From a virus: 64,000 nt of DNA. Shown here piece after piece: positions 27,890 through 36,816 of the stretch; position 1 is the stretch's first letter, and each line of letters begins with the position of its first letter. Location of the stretch: positions 1 through 64,000 of IMG/VR virus record IMGVR_UViG_3300020457_000004; one strand, 5' to 3'. A model generated the notes under the pieces. It was not told where the DNA came from, did not search any database, and saw nothing but the letters and a program-made list of their open reading frames with translations. The position numbers and the translations under genes are program-made.

Positions 27890-27967
27890 AAAAGTGTCGG
27901 GAACTTGATACTTCTTGTGAGAGAGTAAGAGAGAGGCGTACCAAGTCCCGACTGCCCGCTGGGGGCA
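27890..27967 (-). ncRNA. Candidate structured RNA: 15-bp hairpin with 26-nt CU-rich loop plus small 5' hairpin
   Basis: GUCGGGACUUGGUAC pairs with GUAUCAAGUUCCCGAC (one bulge; G-U pair only on the minus strand); followed by ACUUUU. Confidence 0.55.
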
Positions 27968-27972
27968 AACTG

Positions 27973-28338
27973 TTAAAAGGGTATATCGTCTTCAGCTGAA
28001 GTCTCTTCAGCGATATGTCCCTCAAACTGTGCGTACTGGCGAACTTGCTCACTCTCTGCTTCTTGCTCACCAATGTCATGTACATGCAATGCGATAATAG
28101 CATAGTGCAGTACCTTTAATAAATCTTTACGGTTAGTACCGTCTTTTTTTCCATACCTCTGGGCATACTTCAAAATGTTTCCAATACAAAATCCCATCCC
28201 ATGACCACCGTCAATAATAAATTCGGTTGCCTGATATTTGTTCTGGGAATAATGTTGCCCATAAGTTTCATCTATATAAGATTGGAGCTCTTGAATAAGA
28301 GCCCCTTCATTATATTTGTAGTCTGGACTAGAAGTCAT
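27973..28338 (-). CDS. DUF3310-like protein
   Basis: TYGQHYS, GFCIGNILKYAQRYGKK, DLLKVLHY; start MTSS at 28338. Confidence 0.8.
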   Translation of the reverse strand: MTSSPDYKYNEGALIQELQSYIDETYGQHYSQNKYQATEFIIDGGHGMGFCIGNILKYAQRYGKKDGTNRKDLLKVLHYAIIALHVHDIGEQEAESEQVRQYAQFEGHIAEETSAEDDIPF

Positions 28339-29566
28339 AACTATCATTCTCCTCAGCAGCAGCTTTTTCACCTTCTTCGGCAGGACTGTCCATGATATCT
28401 TCAACCGTGGCACCAGCATCCACCTTAGTGTAAAGGTCAATGAAGGCAGACTTAGTGTCGGTATCAAACCTATTGACACACAACTGAATTGCCTTGAGTC
28501 TATCAGAGAACATGGCGTATGCCTTGACAATGTGTTCCAACCTTCTAGTGGAAACCAACTCATCGATTCCACCTTCGTAGAAAGTCTTTCTGATTATGTC
28601 AGCCCACATGACCAACTTGTCAGCAAAGTCTTCATCGACACACTCAGCAACACCCATTTTGTTCATGACAATTTTCTTCTCTTGAACACTAGAAGGATAT
28701 TCCTGTTCAACCGTGATAGCGAACCTTTCTAGGAACGCCTCATCCAGAACTTGAGCACCCATGAACTTACCGTCATCGGAACCTCTACCTTTTGTATTCG
28801 CGGTAGCAATCACATTGAAACCTTTAGCAGGCGTGACAACCTCACCAGACTTCTTATTGAAGTAAGGTTTCCCTTCAAGGATTGCCTGAAGGCACATCAA
28901 CTTGTTAGAACCCCTATCAATCTCATCCAGAATGAGAATCGCACCTCTCTTCATGGCAGTCAGCACAGGGCCTTCCCTGTAAACCACATTACCATCTACG
29001 AGAGTGTTACCACCAATCAAGTCATCCTCATCGGTTTCGATAGAGATGTTAACCCTAATGGCTTCTTTCTTGAGTTTGGCGCAAACCTGTTCCACCATCA
29101 TAGTCTTACCGTTACCAGAAAGACCACAAATGAAAGTCGGATAGAACATACCAGACTTGATGATGTTCACCAAATCTTTATGAAACCCAAATGGGACATA
29201 AGTACTATCTGAATCTGGAATTAAATTCTCGATTTCCACCGCAAGTTTAGCCTGTTTTACAATCTTGGCATCCAATGATTGAGACTGAATTGTCTCAATT
29301 GGTTCCAAGGTAGATACCGACTCTTCAAGGGCAGGCGCCTCAGCGGCGACAGGTTTGAGAGCAGTATTACCTACAGTCATTAGAGTTGCCATGTTTGGCG
29401 AAAATTGGTTCCTACCAACTTTACACTCTTTGAAAAACCACATGGGATTTTTCAGTCCATTCGATTTTGCAATCTGCATTGCCTCCGCCTTGGAGAACAC
29501 AGCAGACGCGGAATTGTTCACATCGGCAAGGGCCTGAAGGAACTGTTCTTTCTGTTTTACACTCAT
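28328..29566 (-). CDS. CobS-like/MoxR AAA+ ATPase
   Basis: GLSGNGKT, ILDEID, TANTKG, LDEAFLERF, STRRL. Confidence 0.92.
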   Translation of the reverse strand: MSVKQKEQFLQALADVNNSASAVFSKAEAMQIAKSNGLKNPMWFFKECKVGRNQFSPNMATLMTVGNTALKPVAAEAPALEESVSTLEPIETIQSQSLDAKIVKQAKLAVEIENLIPDSDSTYVPFGFHKDLVNIIKSGMFYPTFICGLSGNGKTMMVEQVCAKLKKEAIRVNISIETDEDDLIGGNTLVDGNVVYREGPVLTAMKRGAILILDEIDRGSNKLMCLQAILEGKPYFNKKSGEVVTPAKGFNVIATANTKGRGSDDGKFMGAQVLDEAFLERFAITVEQEYPSSVQEKKIVMNKMGVAECVDEDFADKLVMWADIIRKTFYEGGIDELVSTRRLEHIVKAYAMFSDRLKAIQLCVNRFDTDTKSAFIDLYTKVDAGATVEDIMDSPAEEGEKAAAEENDSYDF

Positions 29567-29596
29567 AATTTACCTCTCACTTTTTCTCAATTACTT

Positions 29597-29681
29597 GATC
29601 ATGATCCCATATTTGGGGGCAGAAGTCAAGGGCCAAAATGAATTTTTTTTCATTTTCTTTCCCTGTAAAATCAACCACTTA
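29597..29681 (-). promoter_or_regulatory. Early promoter B: IHF-like site, TTGACT-17-GATCAT
   Basis: -35 at 29629-29624, -10 at 29606-29601, AATCAACCACTTA at 29669-29681. Confidence 0.7.
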
Positions 29682-32108
29682 CGCGACCTCATCAATAAAT
29701 CTGTTCAAGAACTGTCTGGAATTGGACTTGCCTTTCTGGAAATTCTTGAACCCTCTCAAAATGTCAGCCTTCTTATCAGACTTGACTTCAAACTCTGCCT
29801 CTTCATTAAGAGACTTAGCACCTTTCAGAATGAAAGTAGCATCACTTCCCAACCTAGACTCGCAAGCCATGAAGTTATTGTTTTTCCAATTAGTTGACTT
29901 TTCTTTATCAAAGTTTTCATCATACTCGGCATACTGACCTGTCATATCAGTCCATGCCTGTCTCGCTTCTCTAATGTTGTTATCAACTAGGAAGAAGTGA
30001 ACTATTCTGGAACCGACAAACTTTTTGTAGTAGTCGAAAGTAACAGCAGTAGCACTTTCATAAGAGACCCTACCGTAGTTTGTTCCATACATTCCCTTGA
30101 TGTTAGTGGTGACTGACAAACCGTTGCCTTTCAATTGGAACTTACCAATCTCGGTTCTCTCTTCACCGTATCCATAACCAAACTCTTTTGAGATGGCATT
30201 TTCATATCTGAACCTACCACTCTCTTCATACTTACCTTCAGAGATTACTTCCAAGTCAGAAGTGTTTCCACCATCGGAAAGAACAATTGTATTCATAACT
30301 TCAATTCTGTTTCTTTCTTTGAACTCTTTAGCAATCTTAGCACCAACTATCATACAACTTGACAGCGGAGTAGAACCAAGATAAAGATGGTAAGGAACAT
30401 TATATCTTTCCAGCCTTGGTTTCATATCTCTCCACTCAAATGAAGTTTTGTAACCAAGTAACTTTTTGAAACATCTATTGTACTCACTCTGAGGCAATTC
30501 AGAAGATATCAACTGAAGCAATCCGAAACCACCAGACTCAATAAACAACTCACCATCATTAGCAGATTGGAAAGCAGAAGCCCTAGAGGCATTCCCGAAC
30601 TTCTCACTCTGGAGTGAGTTAGCACAGTTTGAAAAACCGTACACATCAAATGGGATACCAACTTTTTTACAGAAGGCAACTTGAATTAGTGTCTGTTCAA
30701 TAGTACCAGCCATGTGTCTACCCATTGAACCAGAGAAGTCTACAAACATCATCATGCCATGGTTCTGACCATCTGGCACAGTAGTACTTGATAGGAACAA
30801 GTCTTCAGTCAACTTGTATGCCCACAACTTATCTTCATTCAACTTACCAGTTTTGTTGACTTGAGCCTTCCTCAATAGGGTGGCTTTTTTCTTCATCTCA
30901 AACTGCATGACTAGTTGATTAATTGAACCCTTGTTTCTTTGCATGAATTCATCAAGCAAAGTTTTCTCTACATCCTTAGCAGAACCAGCAGGAATGTCAT
31001 CATACCTTCCACCGCAAACATACTCAAAATCTTGAGCAGGCCAAACATCGGTAGTTGGGAAAATAAAGTACTTAGACTTGAACTTAGGCATAGTAGCAGT
31101 AACAACACCATTGGTCTTGCCAGATTCTACTAGGTTTTGTTCAGCATCTCTAAACGCTTCATCGGTAAATGACTTAGGTTCCGCGTCATCAAACTCATAT
31201 GGATTAGCACCATCAGTATTATCAGAACCTTCCATGATATCGCCATCTTCTGGGTCACCAGACTCAGAAGAATCTTCAGTATTTTTTGACTCTTCTCTAG
31301 AAGGAGTAGTATCTTCAGTCTCTTCTTCAGTCTCTTCACCTTCACCAGACTCAGAACCACTCTCTTCACCTTCTTCAGTTTCTTCACCAGACTCGGACTC
31401 GCCTTCACCTTCATTCTCATCCGATTCTTGTTCACCGTATGGTGATTCTGACCATTCGCCATTCTCATCTTGAGCGAAGTCATCTTCATCTTCATCTTCA
31501 CCGAACTGGGGCATACCCATTTGTTCATCTAAAAGATCTTGCATCGCGTCTTCAGTCTTAGAGAAGTCATACAACTCCTCAGCAATGGCGACAACCTCAT
31601 CCCAAGTCTCAGCAGCGAAACACTTGTCAAGCATGACCTGTTCCTCAGCGGTGAATTGTAGAGTAAGGAAAGCACCAACCTTAGCGTGAAGATTGATTCT
31701 ATCAATTAGTGGTAATTCTTGGGGAGTCTTTTGTAATTTTGAAAGACCGAAAAAGTCTTTCTTGTAAAGCATTTGATATCCTTTATAGAATGACTTGACC
31801 AAGCCTGGATATCTGATTTTAACTAGTCTCTCATTCCTAACATCTTCTACAACATTCAAGAATGATTTGAAATTTGCACCCTTACTAGAAGAGGCAGAGT
31901 GCCAACCTTCAGCGGGAGTTACGAGAGCGTGACCAACTTCATGACCAATCAATAAATCATACAAGAAATCAGGCATGTCCTTCCAATTGGGAAGTACAAT
32001 TTTCCTAGACTTCAAATCGAAGTACGCGGTAGGTACATTCCTATGTTCAATCGAAACATCCTCAGTAGCGAGGAGTTTCGCAAGGTATGATTTAGAAGTT
32101 ATGTCCAT
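29679..32108 (-). CDS. Metallopeptidase-motif plus VWA protein (partner of the AAA ATPase)
   Basis: HEVGH and NVVEDVR; acidic linker; MIDAS DFSGS...TP...LSDG. Confidence 0.85.
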   Translation of the reverse strand: MDITSKSYLAKLLATEDVSIEHRNVPTAYFDLKSRKIVLPNWKDMPDFLYDLLIGHEVGHALVTPAEGWHSASSSKGANFKSFLNVVEDVRNERLVKIRYPGLVKSFYKGYQMLYKKDFFGLSKLQKTPQELPLIDRINLHAKVGAFLTLQFTAEEQVMLDKCFAAETWDEVVAIAEELYDFSKTEDAMQDLLDEQMGMPQFGEDEDEDDFAQDENGEWSESPYGEQESDENEGEGESESGEETEEGEESGSESGEGEETEEETEDTTPSREESKNTEDSSESGDPEDGDIMEGSDNTDGANPYEFDDAEPKSFTDEAFRDAEQNLVESGKTNGVVTATMPKFKSKYFIFPTTDVWPAQDFEYVCGGRYDDIPAGSAKDVEKTLLDEFMQRNKGSINQLVMQFEMKKKATLLRKAQVNKTGKLNEDKLWAYKLTEDLFLSSTTVPDGQNHGMMMFVDFSGSMGRHMAGTIEQTLIQVAFCKKVGIPFDVYGFSNCANSLQSEKFGNASRASAFQSANDGELFIESGGFGLLQLISSELPQSEYNRCFKKLLGYKTSFEWRDMKPRLERYNVPYHLYLGSTPLSSCMIVGAKIAKEFKERNRIEVMNTIVLSDGGNTSDLEVISEGKYEESGRFRYENAISKEFGYGYGEERTEIGKFQLKGNGLSVTTNIKGMYGTNYGRVSYESATAVTFDYYKKFVGSRIVHFFLVDNNIREARQAWTDMTGQYAEYDENFDKEKSTNWKNNNFMACESRLGSDATFILKGAKSLNEEAEFEVKSDKKADILRGFKNFQKGKSNSRQFLNRFIDEVA

Positions 32109-32135
32109 ATGTCTCTCACTCTCAATTACAGTACT

Positions 32136-32193
32136 ATGATCGCATATCCCATAGCAGATGTCAAGTAAAAGCTGCCTCTCTAAGTCATTGATT
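32136..32193 (-). promoter_or_regulatory. Early promoter C: inverted IHF-like site, TTGACA-17-GATCAT
   Basis: -35 at 32164-32159, -10 at 32141-32136, AATCAATGACTTA at 32193-32181. Confidence 0.7.
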
Positions 32194-32228
32194 TACAAGG
32201 AAAAACAAAAAAAGTTTAATTTTTTTCG

Positions 32229-32384
32229 CTAAAATTGTTCAGAAATCCACTTATCTACCGCTTCCATTTGCGCTTTTATCGCTTCTGCTTGGTCTACTAT
32301 CGACTTTTTTTGGAATTTTAACTTATTTTTCTGGTGTTCTGTCATATCTTCTTGAGATATCATTTCCTCTTCTTGTTCGGCCAT
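32229..32384 (-). CDS. Small hypothetical protein
   Basis: MAEQEEE start after AGGAG. Confidence 0.5.
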   Translation of the reverse strand: MAEQEEEMISQEDMTEHQKNKLKFQKKSIVDQAEAIKAQMEAVDKWISEQF

Positions 32385-32410
32385 GCGTTTTCTCCTATAA
32401 AATTTACCCA

Positions 32411-32776
32411 CTATATACGCTCAAAGTATCTTGTTACTGCCTGTATCTTTTCGATTTGTTTATCTATGATTACATCCCTGTTTGGCCAATGAATATAGTC
32501 TTTTTCTGGATTCCTTTTTAAATTCTTTAACAATGGTAGTATCAAGTCTTCTGCATCGCGTAGTTTATTAGCGACATCACTTTCTACCAAAGCTCTGTGT
32601 TCATTTATCATACCAGAATTATCTGCTGATAAAATCCTAGACTCTAACTGTTCTAGTTTGTCCATTATCTTATCTATTTGGTCTGTAGGTATTTCCGCCT
32701 GTACAGGAACTTCTTGTCTTTCTCCTGCTGGTATATCGTCTACTGCGGTAAACCCAAAATCAAAATCATCTGCCAT
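32411..32776 (-). CDS. Conserved hypothetical protein
   Basis: MADDFDFGFT and LLKNLKRNPEKDYIHWPNR motifs. Confidence 0.7.
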   Translation of the reverse strand: MADDFDFGFTAVDDIPAGERQEVPVQAEIPTDQIDKIMDKLEQLESRILSADNSGMINEHRALVESDVANKLRDAEDLILPLLKNLKRNPEKDYIHWPNRDVIIDKQIEKIQAVTRYFERI

Positions 32777-32785
32777 GTTTCTCTC

Positions 32786-32935
32786 CTAAAATGAATGGAT
32801 ATATAACATCCAATCAATTAATAATATTAACCCAGCCTGTATTGTTACTGCCCCTAAAACTATGCATGATGGTAATACGGCATTGGCTAGAATGGGATTA
32901 TCTTTGACCCATTGTTCAAGTTCGTTTTCGTTAAT
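32786..32935 (-). CDS. 49-aa membrane peptide with apparent ATT start
   Basis: AGGAG-N6-ATT; open to TAG; in-frame stop just upstream; hydrophobic C-terminal half. Confidence 0.4.
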   Translation of the reverse strand: MNENELEQWVKDNPILANAVLPSCIVLGAVTIQAGLILLIDWMLYIHSF

Positions 32936-32944
32936 TGTTTACTC

Positions 32945-33268
32945 CTATATTGCCGATGCGAATTGTATGCTTTCTCCGCACCCACAAGCACTTACTTCAT
33001 TTGGATTGGTTACTTGAATGTGAGACCCGCCTAGGTCTTTTTCAAATACTATTTCACTACCGTGTAAAAACATTTCCGCGTAGTCATCTACAACCAATAT
33101 ATCTTCTATCAGTACACCACGCTCAGAATTATCAGTATACTCCCATGTATAACTAAATCCGGCACAACCGCCACCCTTGACGCCAAGTCGTACATACTTA
33201 GCACTAGGTTTCTCATCTAAAAGTTTTTTCCAATATTTTTTTGCATCGTCAGTTAATGTTATCTGCAT
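32945..33268 (-). CDS. iscA: A-type Fe-S carrier (IscA/HesB)
   Basis: GGGCAGFSY and NPN...CGCGES. Confidence 0.92.
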   Translation of the reverse strand: MQITLTDDAKKYWKKLLDEKPSAKYVRLGVKGGGCAGFSYTWEYTDNSERGVLIEDILVVDDYAEMFLHGSEIVFEKDLGGSHIQVTNPNEVSACGCGESIQFASAI

Positions 33269-33719
33269 GTGGTTCCTCTTTGGGCATGGTCATTTGTTCT
33301 AACCATGTAGTATTACGACCAGCTTTCTTCTCAGCCCAATCTTGTATCGCTCTTTTGATACTATCTTCTGCAAGCACCGAGCAATGTATCTTGATAGGCG
33401 GAAGTGCTAGGGCATCAGCGATGTCTTTATCTTTAATCATTTTCGCATCTTCGATGTGTAATCCTTTCAGCATTTCAACAAACATACTAGATGATGCGAT
33501 AGCTGAACCACAACCATATGTCTTAAACTTAACATCCTGTATAATATCTGTTTCGGGGTCAAGTTTAAGGTCTAATTTCATGACATCACCACATGCCGGC
33601 GCGCCTGTCATCCCTGTTGCTACATTGGGGTCATTGGGGTCAAATCTACCCACCCCATGAGCTTGGGGGTTATTTGTTACTTCTTCAAATCTTTTTATTA
33701 CTTCTTTACTATATGCCAT
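33249..33719 (-). CDS. iscU: Fe-S scaffold IscU
   Basis: GAPACGDVM, FKTYGCGSAIAS, LPPIKIHCS. Confidence 0.95.
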   Translation of the reverse strand: MAYSKEVIKRFEEVTNNPQAHGVGRFDPNDPNVATGMTGAPACGDVMKLDLKLDPETDIIQDVKFKTYGCGSAIASSSMFVEMLKGLHIEDAKMIKDKDIADALALPPIKIHCSVLAEDSIKRAIQDWAEKKAGRNTTWLEQMTMPKEEPHADNIN

Positions 33720-33746
33720 AGTTACGGTCTCTATTCATATGTGATA

Positions 33747-34280
33747 CTATTTATTATTTTCAATAGCTCTTTTTAATTTTTTGTGAAATTTTTTCGCCTT
33801 CTTTATCGCTCTGTCTAGTTTTACTTTAGATACCCTTTGAGTAAAATTTTGACCTAACATGTGGTCATACTCATGTAAGGCAACCCTTGCCCATAAACCC
33901 TCAAATTCTTCGATTACAACCTCATTTTCTTCGTTCTTATATGACATTGTACACTTAATAGGTCTACGCACCATCAGCGTGATGCCTGGCGCCGAGAGAC
34001 ACCCTTCTTCCATAGTATCAGTTTCTTCACTATATGTAGTTAACTCTGGGTTAAATAAAACTCTTTTAAAGTTATAGTCTGGGCCTTTATCTACACCCAT
34101 CGTAAACATTCTCGCGTTTCTTCCTACTTGGTTCGCTGATAGTCCTACACCACCTAGTTCCCTCTGTCTATTCCAAATCAGTTCAGCAAATTCTTTTGCA
34201 TCCTGTTTATCAAAATCAAACTCAGTTGGCGGAACCTTCAACATTGGATGGTTCAATGGTAATAATTCTAAATCGTTCAT
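33747..34280 (-). CDS. def: Peptide deformylase
   Basis: GVGLSANQ, EGCLS, HEYDH. Confidence 0.95.
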   Translation of the reverse strand: MNDLELLPLNHPMLKVPPTEFDFDKQDAKEFAELIWNRQRELGGVGLSANQVGRNARMFTMGVDKGPDYNFKRVLFNPELTTYSEETDTMEEGCLSAPGITLMVRRPIKCTMSYKNEENEVVIEEFEGLWARVALHEYDHMLGQNFTQRVSKVKLDRAIKKAKKFHKKLKRAIENNK

Positions 34281-35947
34281 GACATCACACTATAGTTTCT
34301 TATCTTTTCAAATTTAATCTGATTTCTAAATTTATCAAACAACTGGTCACCCTTGTGAGAAATCACAAACACATTGGTTTCCTCTCCTATGGTATTCAAT
34401 AGGTTCATTACATAGTCAACCCCATTGTTATCCAAGGAACTGTCAAATACTTCATCTAGTAATAACAGGTTGGTACTCGCACTATTTTTCATTTTAGCAA
34501 TTGTACGCCATGTAAATAATAATGCCAAGTCTATTCTTTGTTTCTCACCCTCACTAAAACTGGAGTAAGAAAACTTATCTCTATGTCTGGACTTTATTGT
34601 TTCATTGAACTTTTCATCTAAATCAAAGTGAACAAAGAAATCCATAGCAGCCAAATATTTATTCACCAACTGATTGATGATTGGTAGATACTGTCTTATA
34701 ACTCTAGTCTTAATTCCTGTGTCTTTAAGCAGACTAGCAGCGGCAGTATTATAATGTTGTTCTTCACCCTTACTAGTTTTTTCTTTGTTTTTATTTGTTA
34801 GGTCAACAGCCATTTCTTTAAGTCTGTTTCTCTCATCATCTATATCAGCAACATTAGTTTCTGCTTCATTTAGTTCCAAAGTTAATCTATTCTTGTATCT
34901 TTCTTGAGTTATAAGTTCACTTTGAATCTCTGTTATGTCAGTCACAATCTGGTCATACTTTTCTATTGCATCGTGGACAGAACTATACTCTGCATCCATA
35001 TCGTGTAAACCAGTTTCTAACTCTTGTATTCTTTCTGATTTTTCTTTTTGTTTTTCTTCTTTGAACTCATGGGTTAATCCTTGTTTACAGGTAGGGCATT
35101 CTTCTGTGTCGTGGTAGAAGTCAAGTTCTTTTCTTGCTTTTCTGAGGTTAGAGTTGAGTTTGTCTTTGAGAGCATCCAGTTTGCGTTTCCGTTCTTTCGG
35201 GTCATCATGACTCTCCTTCTCTGCTGTTGTCTCTGCAAGTTTTGTCTCAAGTTCAGTAGTCGCCTCGATGAGCTCATCAATTTTCTCCTTAATTTTATCA
35301 ACTTTAATTTTCTTGTCCTTTTCCAACTGTTCAATATACTTTCTTTGAACCGTTGCTTTGGATTTTGCTACTTCCACTTCTGATTCCACATCTCTAATTT
35401 CATCTCTAAGGACGGCAATCTTCTCGCGTAACACTTGATTCATAGTCGTAAATATTTCGATATCAAGTATGTCCTCGATAATTTCTCGGCGAGATGCTGT
35501 AGGCAACTGCATAAATGGCGTAAAGGAAGCACTTCCCAGTATTACTATTTGAGTAAACGATTTGAAGTTCATCTTCAATATACTTTCTTCAAGGTATTTC
35601 TGTGTATCTCTTACAGCAGCATCTTGGTCTAACATCTGCCCGTTACAATATACCTCAAAGATACTTGGTTTAACACCGCGAATAACTTTAAACTCTTTAC
35701 CGCCTATTCTAAACTCTATTTCAACAATCATCTTTTTATTGTTGATTGAGTTTATCAACTGAGTTTTACTAATCTTACGGAATGGTTTATTAAATAAAGA
35801 AAAACATACAGCATCAAGCATTGTGGATTTACCACTACCATTCTCACCTACCACTAGAGTGCTAGGACTTCGATTAAACTCTATCTCTGTAAAACTATTT
35901 CCTGTAGACAAGAAATTTTTCCATCTTATTTTTTCAAATGTAATCAT
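34277..35947 (-). CDS. 46: Recombination endonuclease subunit gp46 (SbcC/Rad50-like)
   Basis: GENGSGKS, CPTC hook, FSEGE, LLDEVFD. Confidence 0.97.
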   Translation of the reverse strand: MITFEKIRWKNFLSTGNSFTEIEFNRSPSTLVVGENGSGKSTMLDAVCFSLFNKPFRKISKTQLINSINNKKMIVEIEFRIGGKEFKVIRGVKPSIFEVYCNGQMLDQDAAVRDTQKYLEESILKMNFKSFTQIVILGSASFTPFMQLPTASRREIIEDILDIEIFTTMNQVLREKIAVLRDEIRDVESEVEVAKSKATVQRKYIEQLEKDKKIKVDKIKEKIDELIEATTELETKLAETTAEKESHDDPKERKRKLDALKDKLNSNLRKARKELDFYHDTEECPTCKQGLTHEFKEEKQKEKSERIQELETGLHDMDAEYSSVHDAIEKYDQIVTDITEIQSELITQERYKNRLTLELNEAETNVADIDDERNRLKEMAVDLTNKNKEKTSKGEEQHYNTAAASLLKDTGIKTRVIRQYLPIINQLVNKYLAAMDFFVHFDLDEKFNETIKSRHRDKFSYSSFSEGEKQRIDLALLFTWRTIAKMKNSASTNLLLLDEVFDSSLDNNGVDYVMNLLNTIGEETNVFVISHKGDQLFDKFRNQIKFEKIRNYSVMS

Positions 35948-36816
35948 AAATTTTTGATAAAAGGTACTACCATCTCCTCTGCATATTTTTTATGTTGTAT
36001 CACCGTGGGGTGCATAATGTTATTTTTCCTGTCCCAACCCAATCTAGTTTCTTCTACGAATTTAGTTTTAGTGTTTTCATAACACCACTCAAATTCACCA
36101 CTAGGTATAAAGTTTTCCCAATTAATTAAATTACTAATCCAAGATATCTCTGGGTCTTGGTAAACTTCACTCTGTTCACTAAAACAATTTTCGGCATATC
36201 TATGAAAAAAATATTTTATGTTTCTATTGATTAGAAACTCCTGTGTTCCCATGACGCATTGCAAACTGTGTATGATTCTTTGTACTTCATTCGCCCAAGT
36301 TTTAAAATAAATAGACCTTCCTATTTCAACATACTCTCTTGCTTTTGGATTAAATTTTACAAACGGTGTTTTTGAGTTGAGTTGTTCCTCTATGAAATAT
36401 ACGGTGGCTGGATTAAAAGGAATCCATTCTCCGTTACAATCTTTAATTGGTCTTCTTGGGTGGAATGGTACACCTTTAGCACCTATTTTTGGTTCCGAAT
36501 CATGTTTATAAATTTCAGTTCTATCATAACTAGACCACATAACACCAACCGTTATTGCCGATGTTGGGTATCCCATTTCAAACATCCTAGAAAGTGTATA
36601 CAACACTTGTCTCATAATCATGTTATTACCAACACCAGCAAAAGCAGCATTGATACAAACCATATCTAATTCGTCAGCAGTATGTTCTCCCCATGAATTA
36701 CTAGTGCCATCATTGGGAAGATTATTTTCTGGCCATTGATTAGTTGGTGCGGTAAACGAACATCCAGAAACTACCAGATATTTTTTACCTTCTTCATACT
36801 CTGGTATGTGTAACAT
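35944..36816 (-). CDS. SGNH-hydrolase-like protein
   Basis: VSGCSFT, NAAFAGVGN, HPT..QH. Confidence 0.55.
   Translation of the reverse strand: MLHIPEYEEGKKYLVVSGCSFTAPTNQWPENNLPNDGTSNSWGEHTADELDMVCINAAFAGVGNNMIMRQVLYTLSRMFEMGYPTSAITVGVMWSSYDRTEIYKHDSEPKIGAKGVPFHPRRPIKDCNGEWIPFNPATVYFIEEQLNSKTPFVKFNPKAREYVEIGRSIYFKTWANEVQRIIHSLQCVMGTQEFLINRNIKYFFHRYAENCFSEQSEVYQDPEISWISNLINWENFIPSGEFEWCYENTKTKFVEETRLGWDRKNNIMHPTVIQHKKYAEEMVVPFIKNL

Noticed and set aside
27890-27970. tRNA gene
   Set aside because: No cloverleaf, T-loop GTTC or CCA; no tRNA recognised anywhere in the window.
28339-28572. N-terminal extension of the DUF3310 ORF
   Set aside because: It overlaps the AAA gene by more than 230 nt; the start at 28338 is more plausible.
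28328-29566. Cobalamin biosynthesis gene cobS
   Set aside because: No cobN or other cob genes in the window; better described as a MoxR-type AAA with a VWA partner.
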